From Octopus vulgaris (Eukaryota), in NCBI GenBank assembly GCA_951406725.2, contig OX597841.1, positions 21,576,001 through 21,640,000 on the forward strand: DNA of 64,000 bases. Direction: 5' to 3'. Below the pieces are notes generated by a model. That model made no database searches. It saw nothing but the letters and a program-made list of their open reading frames with translations, and was not told the origin of the DNA. Position 1 is the first letter of the stretch; every line of letters starts with the position of its first letter. The position numbers and the translations under genes are program-made. This document shows, one piece after another, positions 51,191 through 63,489 of this stretch.

Positions 51191-51586
51191 CTAGCAGTAT
51201 CGCCCGGCATTGTTCGGGTTTGTTTTGACCCTTTAGAATTGGAATTTTTGAAAAGTTAAAATTTGCATTATGTAGCTTGTTATTCTCTTTAAGCGAACAT
51301 TTTTCTGGTTGAAATACACCGAAAAATTGGCAACACGGCAGTCAAAAAATCGTAAAAAATAGGGATTTTCATAGAAAAAAAAAAAGCACATTTTTGATGT
51401 AAATAATTTTTGGTGTTAACATGGTCCGATTTGAATTTTGTCTTCTACGGAATGAAGAGCAAGCCTTCTTCTATCGTACTCTCAATTTTGGTCAACTTGC
51501 GCCACAGGGTCTCGGAGAAGATAGTGTTAGTTGAAGGCTACCAAACCTGCCATACACAGACAACTTCAGCTTTATATATAGAGAGA
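51191..51586 (-). mobile_element. Non-autonomous Helitron-like element
   Basis: Minus strand: A|TCtctctatatataaagctgaagtt ... cccgaacaatgccggg hairpin-cgatactgCTAG|T. Confidence 0.8.
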
Positions 51587-52397
51587 TAATAAAAAAACAA
51601 AACAATTTTTCACGTTTGTTTATTTCAATTTATTCCCATGCAAACATGGGCAATTAGTATACATATATCATTAGAAAAACTGAAAAAATAAAACAAAAAG
51701 AAATATGGAAATAAAATAAATATACAAGTTTAAAAAAAAAAACCCACACAACTTGCCATTCGTCGCCAGATTAAAGAAATGAAATAAAAAGGTGGTGGGT
51801 AGGGCCACAGTCTGATGTGAACTCCAGCTTTGGGTTGTCAACTTCTGGCGTTGTCTCAAAGGGCACCTTTGAAACATTTAGGGTATCTTGAGGGCTGTAA
51901 ATTCAACAGCTTTCTTTCATTACCCAGGCCTCAATGTAAGGAAAGGGTGCCACTTATATGTGACAGCAGTTATGAGTCTCCTCAAGCACGGCATATTGCC
52001 AAAGCTCTTGGGTCACTTATTGTTTATCGGCATTGGAAATTACAGCTGTGATACCAGTGCCGGTGGCACGTAAGAGAACCATCCGAACGTGGCTGTTGCC
52101 AGCGCCGCCCCGACTGGCTTCCGTGCCGGTGGCATGTAAAAAGCACCAATCCGATTGTGGCCGTTTGCCAGCCTCGCCTGGCACCTGTGCCGATGGCACA
52201 TAAAAAGCACCCACTACACTAACGGAGTGGTTGGCGTTAGGAAGGGCATCCAGCTGTAGAAACACTGCCAGATCAGACTGGGCCTGGTGCAGTCTTCTGG
52301 CTTCCCAGACCCCAGTTGAACCGTCCAACCCATGCTAGCGTGGAAAGCGGACGCTAAATGATGATTATGATGATATATATATATATATATATATATA

Positions 52398-52882
52398 AGT
52401 TAGGTACAATAAATTCAGGGTGAATACTTGATAAATGTAAGCACCTGTATATGCCATAGGTGATAGGATATATGTATCAAATGAAGTAAATGAAAAACAG
52501 GATGCAAAGGATTTTGCGGTACATATGTTTCAGGCTTTATTGAACAACTTATTCTTATAACAATGCATAATTGATATAACAGATAGATCAAAAGCCTTCT
52601 TCAGCCGCGTACAATTACCACACCGAAGACATGTATCACATTATAACAGGTTTGAGAAAAAACCGAGTTTCATTAGGAAAGTAAATCCTCGGTTTATTCT
52701 CAAATTTTTTATAATGTGATACAAGTCTTTGGTGTGGTAATTGTACGCGGCTGAAGAAACTTTTGATCTATCTGTTATATCAATTATGCATTGATATAAA
52801 AATAAGTTGTTCAATAAAGCCCGAGTATATGTACCGCAAAATCCTTTGCATCCTGTTTTTCATTTACATCATTTGATACATA
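52398..52882. mobile_element. TA-flanked ~410-bp fold-back element (52471-52882) with a hammerhead in each arm
   Basis: tatgtatcaaatgaagtaaatgaaaaacaggatgcaaagg... / ...cctttgcatcctgtttttcatttacatcatttgatacata. The unique ~70-bp extension recurs at ~45741-45820. Confidence 0.85.
52516..52608 (-). ncRNA. Type-I hammerhead ribozyme with intact core
   Basis: gcgg-CTGAAGA-aggcttt(long loop)aaagcct-GAAA-catatg-TA-ccgc. All core nucleotides canonical; GUA cleavage triplet. Confidence 0.85.
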
Positions 52883-53567
52883 TATATATATATATATACA
52901 TCTTCCTATCTAACTTTTTACATACACACACGTGTGAGTGTGTGTGTTTATATATAAAGTTAGATAGGTATAAAAATAGGTAATCTGCTGCAAAGGCAGA
53001 CAGAAAGTTGGCCACACAGACAGACAGAGGTACAAAAAGATATAGAGATAGCTGAGATAAACATATAGACAAACAGGACAGACAGACGAAACAGACAGGT
53101 AGACAAGACAGATACAGATAACCTGGTGGGTAGGCAGACAGACAGAATGATAGACGTGTAGATATACAGATAGATAGGTAGGTAGTCTGCTGGGCAGGTA
53201 GACAAAGAGGTAGAATAGGTAAATAATGAGATAAATAGTTTGGAAGGGTGACTTAATCGATGCCATAGAAATTAAACAACTGGCTTCACATATGCTGAAC
53301 CAATGGAGCCCAGCATTATACAAACCTGTGTCCCATTTGGCTTGTGGGTGTTTAGGGTCACTACAGCACATGGTCGTCGTCGGGTTGTTGATATGATTAT
53401 CTGTTGCATGGCCATGCCAACCCCTGTTGAATGCCTTGGTGATGATTGTCTGGCACGAGCAAGTGGACTTTTAAGTGATTAGTTCAGAGTAGAATGGAGT
53501 TGTAACAGAGAACCCCTTCTCACAACATCAACTTTTCTCTAGGATTTCATATTGTCAGTACTATTAC

Positions 53568-53604
<37 letters not shown>

Positions 53605-54639
53605 AAACATTTGTTATTCTTATACAAGACAATTATTGACAGTAACTTTGAAGTTCTGGTCAGCTGAGCCTTCATCTGAGGATGGCGTACAGAGTAGAGA
53701 GTAACTCATCAGATTGATGGAAAATGATTTTTATTTTAATTGAACATTGAAGCATTTATATACACATATACACAGATATTTATACACACATGAAAATGGA
53801 CATATATGTGTGTGTGTGTGTGTGTGCCAGCCTCGTCTGGCCCCTGTGCCGGTGGCACGTAAAAAAGCACCATCCGATCGTGGCCGTTTGCCAGCCTCGT
53901 CTGGTACCTGTGCCGATGGCACGTAAAAAGCACCCACTACACTCTCGGAGTGGTTGGCGTTAGGAAGGGCATCCAGCCGTAGAAACACTGCCAGATCAGA
54001 CTGGGCCCGGTGCAGACTTCTGGCTTCCCAGACTCCAGTTGAACCGTCCAGCCCATGCTAGCATGGAAAGCAGACACTAAACGATGATGATGATATATAT
54101 ATATACACACATATATATACAAGGAGAAGTTAAAAATTATCTGCACTTTTGCTATAACATTTTAATTATTGTCTTACTCCCTTCTGCACATGTGTGCTTA
54201 TAGTTGGTATTATTTTGGTCACGTAACATATGGATGCGAGACCTGGACACTAAAGAAAGCTGACCAGAAGAGAATTAATGCATTCGAGCTTTGGTGTTGG
54301 AGAAGACTTTTACGGATTCCATGGACAGCGAGGCTCACCAATGGAGAAGTTCTTAAGCAGATCAGGCCGAAAATGTCGCTAGAAGCTGGGATCACCAAGC
54401 ACAGATTGGCATATTTCGGTCATATTATGCTGAGAAAATCCCTGGAGAAGGACATCATGCTCGGAATGGTCAGTGGCAAGAGAGGAAGAGGCCGACCAAG
54501 AACCCGCTGGCTTGACACCATCAAGAGTGATACCGGAATGAACATAGCTAATCTGAAAGAAGCGGCCCAGGATAGAACTGACTGGAGGACACTGATCCAA
54601 CGAGTAACTGAGAGTTGACTTCGACTGAGCGGATAGAGA

Positions 54640-54920
54640 GATAGAATCTAAGTTTGAGCCTTATTGCACCAATGAAGAACAAAGAGCAGTGATCCAATTT
54701 CTCTGATCAAAAGGTGTGTCAGGAGCTGAAATTCATCAAAGGCTTTCAGTACTATACAGGGACAGTGCACTACCGCACAGAAGTGTGTATGAGTGGATTG
54801 AGGAGTTTAAAGGTGGCCAGACAAACATGATGCATGAAGGAGCAGGATGCCCATCAACCTCCACCACTGACAAGAAGATACAGGAAGCTCAAGAGATGGT
54901 AACCGTGAACCGGTTCACCA
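54640..54920 (+). mobile_element. Mariner transposase N-terminal (HTH) relic
   Basis: SGAEIHQRLSVLYRDSALPHRSVYEWIEEFKGGQT...GAGCPSTSTTD. A C-terminal relic plus TIR lies at ~58500-58790. Confidence 0.8.
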
Positions 54921-55619
54921 TTACTATCACTTAGATCACTGTTCTTTGTTCTCCATTGGTGCACATTGCTATATGAGTGGCCGTGCTTACACTGTAAAAC
55001 CAGAAAGGAAAATGGTGTTATAAGGCACAAACTTCGATCATACAACCACAATAGCACCAACTATAAGCATCATACGCAGAAGGCAGTGTGACAATAATGA
55101 AAATATGTTATGGCGAAAGTGTAGATAATTTGAACATAAAACGTGTAGAATGTTTGACCTGGATATGACTAGTTTGAAAACTAAATGATTAACTATTAGC
55201 ATTCAGATTATTCTGTCAAATGTAATCCTTATTTATTGTTTTGGATTAATCATGGATTATCTCATAGCATTGAGATTTTGATGATGTGATTGTCTATTTT
55301 TAGAATGACAGTGTAAGATAAGTGAGAAAGGCCAGATATGGTCAGTTTGAATATATAACGGGGAGAAAATTTTGGCTGGATATGGCTGGTTTAAACACTA
55401 AAAAGTTGAAGGGGCTCAAGACCTGACCACAATGTTGTTTGGTTCAAATCCTACTAGTAGACGACAACGTATTGTTGATTACATCTCAGTAATGTTTCCA
55501 TTAAGCCAAACAAAGGATCACAATTCCTTATCAAAATACTGTAGGTTCAAACCCCACTGCTCAACAATGCACCACAGACTCTTAAAGACCAAGCCCCTGC
55601 CCCTAGGAGGTTTGATTTT

Positions 55620-55790
55620 CTTTTCCTACATAGTTCTTAAGTAAAACAAACCCAAGGTATCATATCTTTTTGTATCCCATAGAAACGAGATCCCTCTGGT
55701 GTAAAAATATGTCAGAGGGATTTAGTTTCCGTGGGATACAAAAAGAAACCAGGACCTTGGGCTTTATTTAAAAGCTATGTAGCAAAAAAA
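55620..55790. repeat. ~170-bp imperfect palindrome
   Basis: cccaaggt..tctttttgtatccca..atccctctg / cagagggat..tgggatacaaaaaga..accttggg. Confidence 0.75.
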
Positions 55791-56196
55791 ACTAGAAGAT
55801 ACAAACCACACTGTCACAGGTTCAAATCTTACTTCAAGTAGACAGTATTACCCCAGTGTTGCCATCGACTCTTTGTAAACATCAACAAACATTTTTTTTA
55901 CTTGTGTTGGTCATCAGACTGTGGCCATGCTGGAGCACCTACACACACACACACACATTATATATATATATATACATACATGAGTCTACAGATGAGAACC
56001 AGGTGTCCAATATAGAAAACACTTAATAGCACTTAAATGATTTGAACTTACATCCCAATATCTTTATCAAGGAGTAAAATCCGCAGGGGCTAAAAAGTGG
56101 CTATGAGGGGAATCCAGGTGTGTAGACATGGAGACAATGATTCAAATAAACAGATAAAACTGCTTGGGTTTGATATAGATATAAATGTATATATAT

Positions 56197-56424
56197 ACCG
56201 GAGTAAACACATAAATGTGAAACAAGGTGGAAAAAAGAGTACTCAAATACCAGTGGTAGAGTAATATGCTTTATTTAAAGCAGCAGAAAATTCAACAAAA
56301 TCTGTTACTCTGAGTTTCCCGTTGCCGTTCATCGGACAGTTTTTGCTAGCAAATACTGTCCGATGAACGGCAACGAAACTCAGAGTAACAGGTTTTGTTG
56401 AATTTTCTGCTGCTTTAAAATAAA

Positions 56425-56426
<2 letters not shown>
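56197..56426. mobile_element. TA-flanked fold-back element (56269-56425) with back-to-back hammerheads (56302-56339 minus; 56356-56391 plus)
   Basis: ctgt-CCGATGA-a-cg(gcaa)c[g]n-AAA-ctcagag-TA-acag on both strands, with an AATAAA downstream in each arm. Confidence 0.8.
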
Positions 56427-56469
<43 letters not shown>

Positions 56470-56739
56470 CATACATACACACACATATAAATCAAGTGAG
56501 AGTAAAAACTGAAAATTTTCAGATGATGAATATTCAAGTATTAATTAATATATAGATATCTCTTAATATAATAATGAGCATAGTGTAACCATTTCCAAGT
56601 ACATATATACACATATATATATATATATACAAGAGTGTGTATTTGTCTATAACAACTCTTCATTAAAACATTAATAAATAAAATATAATAAAAAAATTTA
56701 AAAACAACAAATTAAAGTAAAACAACACAAAATATTCAA

Positions 56740-56774
<35 letters not shown>

Positions 56775-56949
56775 CAATACCCTGAGAATTGCACAAAAGC
56801 TTTTGCTTTTGAATACTTATGTGTATTTATGATCACATGACAGAAAACTTGTGTGTGGGCGTGAATGCAGGTCTATGAATATATATATATATGTATATAT
56901 GTATATATAAACATATGTATAAAAGTAGTAATGTGTATGTGCATATAAA

Positions 56950-57044
56950 TATATCGTGTATTATATAAATAATCCAATATATATATATATACATACATAC
57001 ATATATATATATATATATGTATTATATATAATAATCTAATATAT

Positions 57045-57080
<36 letters not shown>

Positions 57081-57166
57081 CGTGTATTATATAAATAATC
57101 TAATATATATACATACATATATATATATATATATATATCGTGTATTATATAAATAATCTAATATAT

Positions 57167-57200
<34 letters not shown>

Positions 57201-57228
57201 CGTGTATTATATAAATAATCTAATATAT

Positions 57229-57260
<32 letters not shown>

Positions 57261-57288
57261 CGTGTATTATATAAATAATCTAATATAT

Positions 57289-57319
<31 letters not shown>

Positions 57320-57320
57320 A
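56950..57320. repeat. Tandem units of cgtgtattatataaataatctaatatatatacatac + (TA)n
   Basis: ~6 units, downstream of the WSB1 stop. Confidence 0.85.
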
Positions 57321-57557
57321 TGTAGGTTATATTTTATATAAATATAATACGCAAATATAAATATGACATTTTTATATATTATATATAAATATATATATAT
57401 ATATATACACATGTTCTATATAAATATAAACATACATATGTGAGTAGATGTGAGTGTGTGTATGTGTGTGGTGTGTGTGCGTGATTGTCCCCATCTGTCT
57501 GTTCCTGACCGATTCCTTCGGTCAGAGTGTCTCTTGAGGTTAACAAATTGGTGTGCC

Positions 57558-57723
57558 TCACCAAACCTTGTAGGAAAGGTATTTCTTAAGGAAGGCCGGT
57601 ATGTCTAACCGAGAGATGGAATCTGGCTGGCTCAAATGGAAGCGCAAAACTCTGCGACACAGGTGCTGCAGCTTGGGCGGTTGGTAGGGTATTGTGTAGA
57701 AGCAGACATCTCCAGTTTGGGTC
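57558..57723 (-). CDS. WSB1: WSB1-like terminal exon (SOCS box)
   Basis: tctctcttgttacag|(G)TQTGDVCFYTIPYQPPKLQHLCRRVLRFHLSQPDSISRLDIPAFLKKYLSYKVW*. BC-box LQHLCR and L-IP--L--YL-Y. Confidence 0.95.
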
Positions 57724-59045
57724 CTGTAACAAGAGAGACAGAATGAGCTATATATATATATATATATATATAAATTTATATATATATATATAAATTTATA
57801 CACACACACAAACACACTTATTATATACACATACATACATGTGTGTATATGTGTAGTAATAATAATAACAATAAATTTATAAATACTTAATGCATCACTA
57901 CATGCGATTTGATCCAAGTAATATCATTATTATCATTGTTATCATTATTATTATCATCATTATTGAGTGAGAGAGCAGTGCATGCCATCAAAGTGACACT
58001 GGGGTACAAATATACGAAGCCCAATATACCCATCATGACTACCAGTCTAATACACTGTCTTACAACACCACCAGTCTGTTTAAAAGAATGTGTGTACACC
58101 AGGCACATGCAGCACAACCATACGTGCGCGACATGGTGATCTCATATCAAGATAAACAGCACATGACCTTGCAGGTGGGGCCCAGTTAGAATTTTCTCCA
58201 GGTTGAGTAGCCCATCCCGCTCAAAAGGTCCCTGAATAAGGGTTGTTTAAGAATGTTGAAAGAACCACCCATGTTTCCAGAGGTGAATTATTCAAACCCC
58301 AAGGAATCCCTCTCAACACATGGCTATGATGCTCCCCAACTACTTCTGCTCGTGATCAGAGATGCACATATCATTAGCCACTAAGGGACATGCTCAACTG
58401 GTTATGGTCAAACAACTGACAAGCAAATCTGTGGTATTGAGCAGAATATTTGCTGTAGCCCTATTACAACTATATTTACCCTACTGGAATAATGTTTGCC
58501 TTTCAAACCCTCTTTCATGGGGCCGAAGAGATGATAGTCAAGTGACGAGGAAGTGAAAACTGTAGTGAAAAAGTGGCTCAAAGAACAGCCTACAGAATTT
58601 TACGGGGCAGGGATACATGCTCTCATTTGAAGGTGGAACATTGCTATTGAGAGAAACAGTAACTATGTTGAGAAGTAGGGATGTGATCCACAGAGGACCA
58701 GCTTCATTTTGATGTATGATACATGTTCCTGTGTTGGTAATTATACCTATCCTAAACAAAATGGCATTCCTTTTTGACTTACCCTTGTGTGTGTATGTAT
58801 ATATATATATCTCCACACCCACATCCAGACCACCAGCCCTCTTTCACACGCACATACATACTCTCTTATACACACATGCACCGTTGTGTTGGGGGCACCT
58901 TCGTTTTGGAAGTCACTTGACCCTGTTATCTCCCCTACTATCCCTCTAGCGCCTGACCCCTGCCTGAAGTCAGAATGCCATGATAGACTGTAAGCTCCTA
59001 CACGCATATTTTTTCTCTCCTTGTTTCTTTTCTGTGTATCTTTCT

Positions 59046-59540
59046 GTCGAAGAGAGTTCGATGCAGCTGCCCTCATCTGCACCTCCTGCCGTGAAGTTGG
59101 TTCATCCTGGACACCTGACAGGAAGAGATCCAGTCCTACTTTAAAGACATCCGCATCCACCCCATGCAGGTCCCTCAGGTTCTTCGGGAGGATATTGAAG
59201 AGCTGTGGGTCTCTGAAGTCCCAGGCTATCACAGTATCTTGTCCTACATCTTGATGGCAAATTTGGAGTCCTTGGCACCACGCAGTGGTGTCCAGTTCTC
59301 TTTTTTTTTTTTTTTTACTTGTTCTAATTTGGTGTCGTCACCTTTGTCATCATCCTCGTGCTACTGTTCACAGCAGGAGGTGCAGATGAGGGCAGCTGCG
59401 TCGAACTCTCTCATGCACCAAATGGCAATTGCTAAAAAGCATTTGTGAAGTAAAATCATGTAGCAACACCGAATGGCAGTGCCCCAGCATGGCCACAGCT
59501 TGTGAGCTGAAACTAGATGAAATGAAATAAAATAAAATAA
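59046..59540. mobile_element. CR1-like LINE 3' fragments in inverted arrangement (59046-~59300 minus; ~59371-59540 plus with 3' UTR)
   Basis: PQLFNILPKNLRDLHGVDADVFKVGLDLFLSGVQDEPTSRQEVQMRAAASNSL. The plus piece ends gcagtgccccagcatggccacagcttgtgagctgaaact + (aaata)n. Confidence 0.8.
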
Positions 59541-59683
59541 AGAGAAAAAAATGGTCACCAACCACACAGTTCCGGGTTCAGTCCCGCTGTGTGGCACCTT
59601 GGGCAAGTCTCTTCTACTATAGCCTCAGGCCGAACAAAGCCTTGTGAGTGGATTTGGTAGACGGAAACTGAAAGAAGCCCGTC

Positions 59684-59729
<46 letters not shown>

Positions 59730-60003
59730 TTGTGTTTGTCCTCCTAGCATTGTTTGACAACCGATGCTGGTGTGTTTATGTCCCCGTTACTTAGCTATTC
59801 GGTAAAATAGACCGATAGAATAAATACTGGGCTTACAAAGAATAAGTCCTGGGGTCGATTTGCTCGACTAAAAGGCGGTGCTCCGGCATGGCCGCAGTCA
59901 AAATGACTGAAGCAAGTAAAAGAGTAAAAGATAAATAAGAAATTCTTGTGGCAACACAGAGAAAGAAATACTGAAGAAAACTTTCAGATTCTACAGAACT
60001 TAC

Positions 60004-60117
60004 CCCACGGCCACCAAGCTGTTGTTGGGACAAAACGAACAACACAAAGCATTCTTCAAATGAACAATAACTTCAGGGTTTTTGCTGAGGGACAGGAGAT
60101 TCCAGACTCTCACATAA
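60004..60117 (-). CDS. WSB1: WSB1-like penultimate exon (WD40)
   Basis: ttcttttcag|(G)YVRVWNLLSLSKNPEVIVHLKNALCCSFCPNNSLVAV(G)|gtaagt. 114 nt, phase 2-2; not in the ORF track. Confidence 0.92.
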
Positions 60118-60773
60118 CTGAAAAGAAAGACAATCAAGGATTATACAGAATTTGTTTCTTCTTACGTCCACTTTCCCATGCTGGCATGGGTTAGAGTAGT
60201 GTTTCTCAAACAGTTTTTTTCCCCCATTTGATTTCTATTTTGCTTAAATGGACCTTAACCCTTTAGTGTTCAGAAAGCCCCTCTCCTTCGATTGAGATGA
60301 AATCATCGCAGATAGAGCTTTTCAGAGAGACCCCGCAGCTGACACTATGTGTGCGTGTATATATATAGTAAAGTTAATTTTTTGGCTCAAAAAGCAAAAA
60401 GCAAGGTCATGTAGGGGGACATGGAGTTATGTACAGGGTGGTGTTCATGCAAAGAGTTCAGGCTATTTCTGGTCAAGAGAGACACTGAACCGAGCGGTCG
60501 TCGGCATCTTCACTATCTCGTCCGGCACCTTATTCCACAGATCCGCAACCCAGACGGAGAAAGCCCCTCTCCTTCGATTGAGATGAAATCGTCGCAGATA
60601 GAGCTTTTCGGAGGGACCCCTGCAGCCGACGCTCTTTAGCAGGAGTGAAGAACAGCTCTTTCGAGAGGTTACACTTTCCGCAGTCCCCTCCCCCCAAATT
60701 TCAGGCATTGTGCCCATAGTAGAAAGACATTATTATTATTATTATTATGAATACAATAAAAAACACTACTAAC

Positions 60774-60887
60774 CCATCATCAGCCACAGTCGATATGTTG
60801 GTTCCAAAATCACAGAATGCAACAGATCTGACATGATACTCATTTGCTCCACCAGCAAATATTGGCCGGGGCGCCGGAAACAGGTGT
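60774..60887 (-). CDS. WSB1: WSB1-like exon
   Basis: ttccctcaccag|(G)HLFPAPRPIFAGGANEYHVRSVAFCDFGTNISTVADD(G)|gttagt. Carries the WSB1 signature HLFP-P-PIFAGGAN. Confidence 0.95.
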
Positions 60888-62323
60888 CTGGTGAGGGAAA
60901 AGAGAGAGAGAAGAAAACAGACATTGATAAATACCAGCACGGAAGACAGACGCTTGTTAAACGATAATAAACATAAAGTCCCTGGGTTTTCTGTTGTCAT
61001 AGATCATGGGTCCCCTTGGTCACATGTTCAGGCCATGGTGTGGAAGTGCATGGCTCAGAAGCCTGGACGTTATCAAAGAAGCTTGAGAGGCGGTTGGATG
61101 GAACTTACACTCGCCTCCTTATGAGAGCTCAAAATCTCTCGTGGAAGTGTCATCCAACCAAATTGCAAATATATGGGAAACTACCACCTGTGTCATCTCT
61201 TGTGAAAGGTAGGAGAGTCCAGTTTGCTGGATATTGTTGTAGAGCTGAAAACAAGGTAATGTCTACTCTTCTCATCTGGAAACCATCTGCCCGTGATACC
61301 AGTCAAACCAATTCTACTATATGGCTCAGAAACCTGGACGTTATCAAAGAAGCTTGAGAGGCGGTTGGATGGAACCTACACTCGCCTCCTTATGAGAGCT
61401 CAAAATCTCTCGAGGAAGCATCATCCAACCAAAATGCAAATATATGGGAAATTACCACCTGTGTCATCTCTTGTGAAAGGTAGGAGAGTCCAGTTTGCTG
61501 GACATTGTTGTAGAGCTGAAAACGAGGTAATTTCTACTCTTCTCCTTTGGAAGCCATCTACTCACAATACCAGAGGGCGCACACTCTCCTACCCTGATGT
61601 AATCTCCAGGGATACAGGCATCCAGCAACAAGACCTCCGTAATGCTATGATGGACCGTGAAGTCTGGCGTAGCATGGCAAATTCCATTGTCTCGACCACG
61701 GTCAAACAATGATGATGGCTTAATGGTTAAGGTGTTAGACTCATAAGCGTAAGATTATGGTTTCGATTCCTGGGCTGGGTGATGCATTGGGTTCTTGAGC
61801 AAGACACTCCATTTCACGTTGCTCCAGTCCACTCAGACGGCAAAAATGAGTTAATCCTGTGATGGATCAGCCTCCCTTAAGTTAAATTTTTTGGCTCAAA
61901 AAGCGAAAGCAAGGCCATGTAGGGGGACATGGAGTTATGTACAGGGAGGGTGTTCATGCAAAGAGTTCAGGCCATTTCTGGTCAAGAATGTATAGCCCAT
62001 GAAACTGGCCCTTATGAACTGGAGTGATTCGCGAAGGTAAGGTAACTTTACCACCTGGACAGGACACCGGTCCCTTGTAGGTATGATTAATGTTTGCCAG
62101 CTGGGTGAACTGGAGCAATGCGAGATGAAGTGTTTTGTTCAAAAACACAACGCATCACCTGATCCAGGAATTGAAACCGCAATCTTACGATCATGAATCC
62201 AACACCCTAACAACTAAGCCATGCTCTGCCACAACATGAGAACCCTTGGATGTATTCCACTGAAATTAGGTAAATAATCCTTTGAACAGACGGTGAGTAG
62301 CGATGCCTGCTAGGTTCGGCTGC

Positions 62324-62366
62324 TCTGCATTGATAAGGGACAAATACCCTGAAACTAGTCTGCAGA
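62324..62366 (+). ncRNA. Hammerhead motif with UUGAUAA core and extendable stem I
   Basis: tctgca-TTGATAA-gggacaaataccct-GAAA-ctag-TC-tgcaga. GUC triplet; palindromic ACUAGU stem III. Confidence 0.65.
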
Positions 62367-63307
62367 TGCCTGACCAGCAAGGGGACGCAGCTGACCTCCC
62401 CTGTTTGAAGGTTATAATGGACATAGGTTCATGTGTCACATAGCTATCTAGAGGTGATGGCCTCTTGAAGCTAATCAACGGCAGCATTCGTCCTATATTT
62501 CTGGACTGCCATATTAGCTTGGCAATAGCTTAATATCCAGTACTGCTGCCATAGTTGAGGGCTCAAGACACACCATGGTTAGTCCTACATTATTCCATAA
62601 AGAGCATAGGGATGGTTCTCCAGATTCTCTAGTGTATAAATACCCCCCCTGGATAGGATGCCAGTCTGTTGCAGGATTAACTCACTTTCGCCAGCTGAGT
62701 CGACTGCTGCAACGTGAAATGAAGAGTTTTGCTCAAGAACACAACACATCGCCTGGTCCAGGAATTGAAACCACAATCTTACAATCATGATGTTGACACC
62801 CTAACCTATTTCTTTACTACCCACAAGGGGCTAAACACAGAGGGGACAAACAAGAACAGACAAACGGATTAAGTCGATTACATCGACACCAGTGCATAAC
62901 TGGTATGCCCACAATCGGATGGTGCTTTTTATGTGCCACCTGCACGGGGGCCAGACGAGGCTGGCAAACGGCCATGATCGGATGGTGCTTTTTGCGTGCC
63001 ACCAACACAGAGGCTAGGGGAGGCTGAAACAAATTGCCTGGTGTCTTTCCTCCTCGTTGATGGTCGTATTATCAGTCTTCTTTGCACTGAGAAACAGATC
63101 AACTTCGCTGCAGCATTCCCCCCCCCCCCATGATTTGAGAATGGGGTCACAAAGAAAAATCACAAAAAGAAATGCAGTCCCAGATACACAATGCAAAGAA
63201 GTAAGATGAGATGGCCACTGCTGGAAAGCCTTTGATGATAGGCTCCACCAATCAAGGTTGACCAGAGCAGCAACTTTATGCATCATCAGAATTACCGGCT
63301 GACTTAC

Positions 63308-63489
63308 CCCAACTGTCTGAGACAGACTCCTTTGTACCAATTCCAGATGATGACTCTCGTGTCGTAGGATGCTGTGGCCAACAGAGCGCCATCTGGTGAG
63401 AAGTCGCAGGACACAACAACGTTTTGGTGACCGTATAACTTACGGACGGGATCAGATCTTTTGCTTTTGGAGGTTTCACAGATAACAAC
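63308..63489 (-). CDS. WSB1: WSB1-like exon (WD40); gene continues beyond the window
   Basis: ttttttccacag|VVICETSKSKRSDPVRKLYGHQNVVVSCDFSPDGALLATASYDTRVIIWNWYKGVCLRQL(G)|gtaagt. 182 nt. Confidence 0.96.

Noticed and set aside
52910-53520. 153-aa minus-strand ORF
   Set aside because: Mostly GATA/GACA low-complexity sequence; no domain or splice structure recognised.
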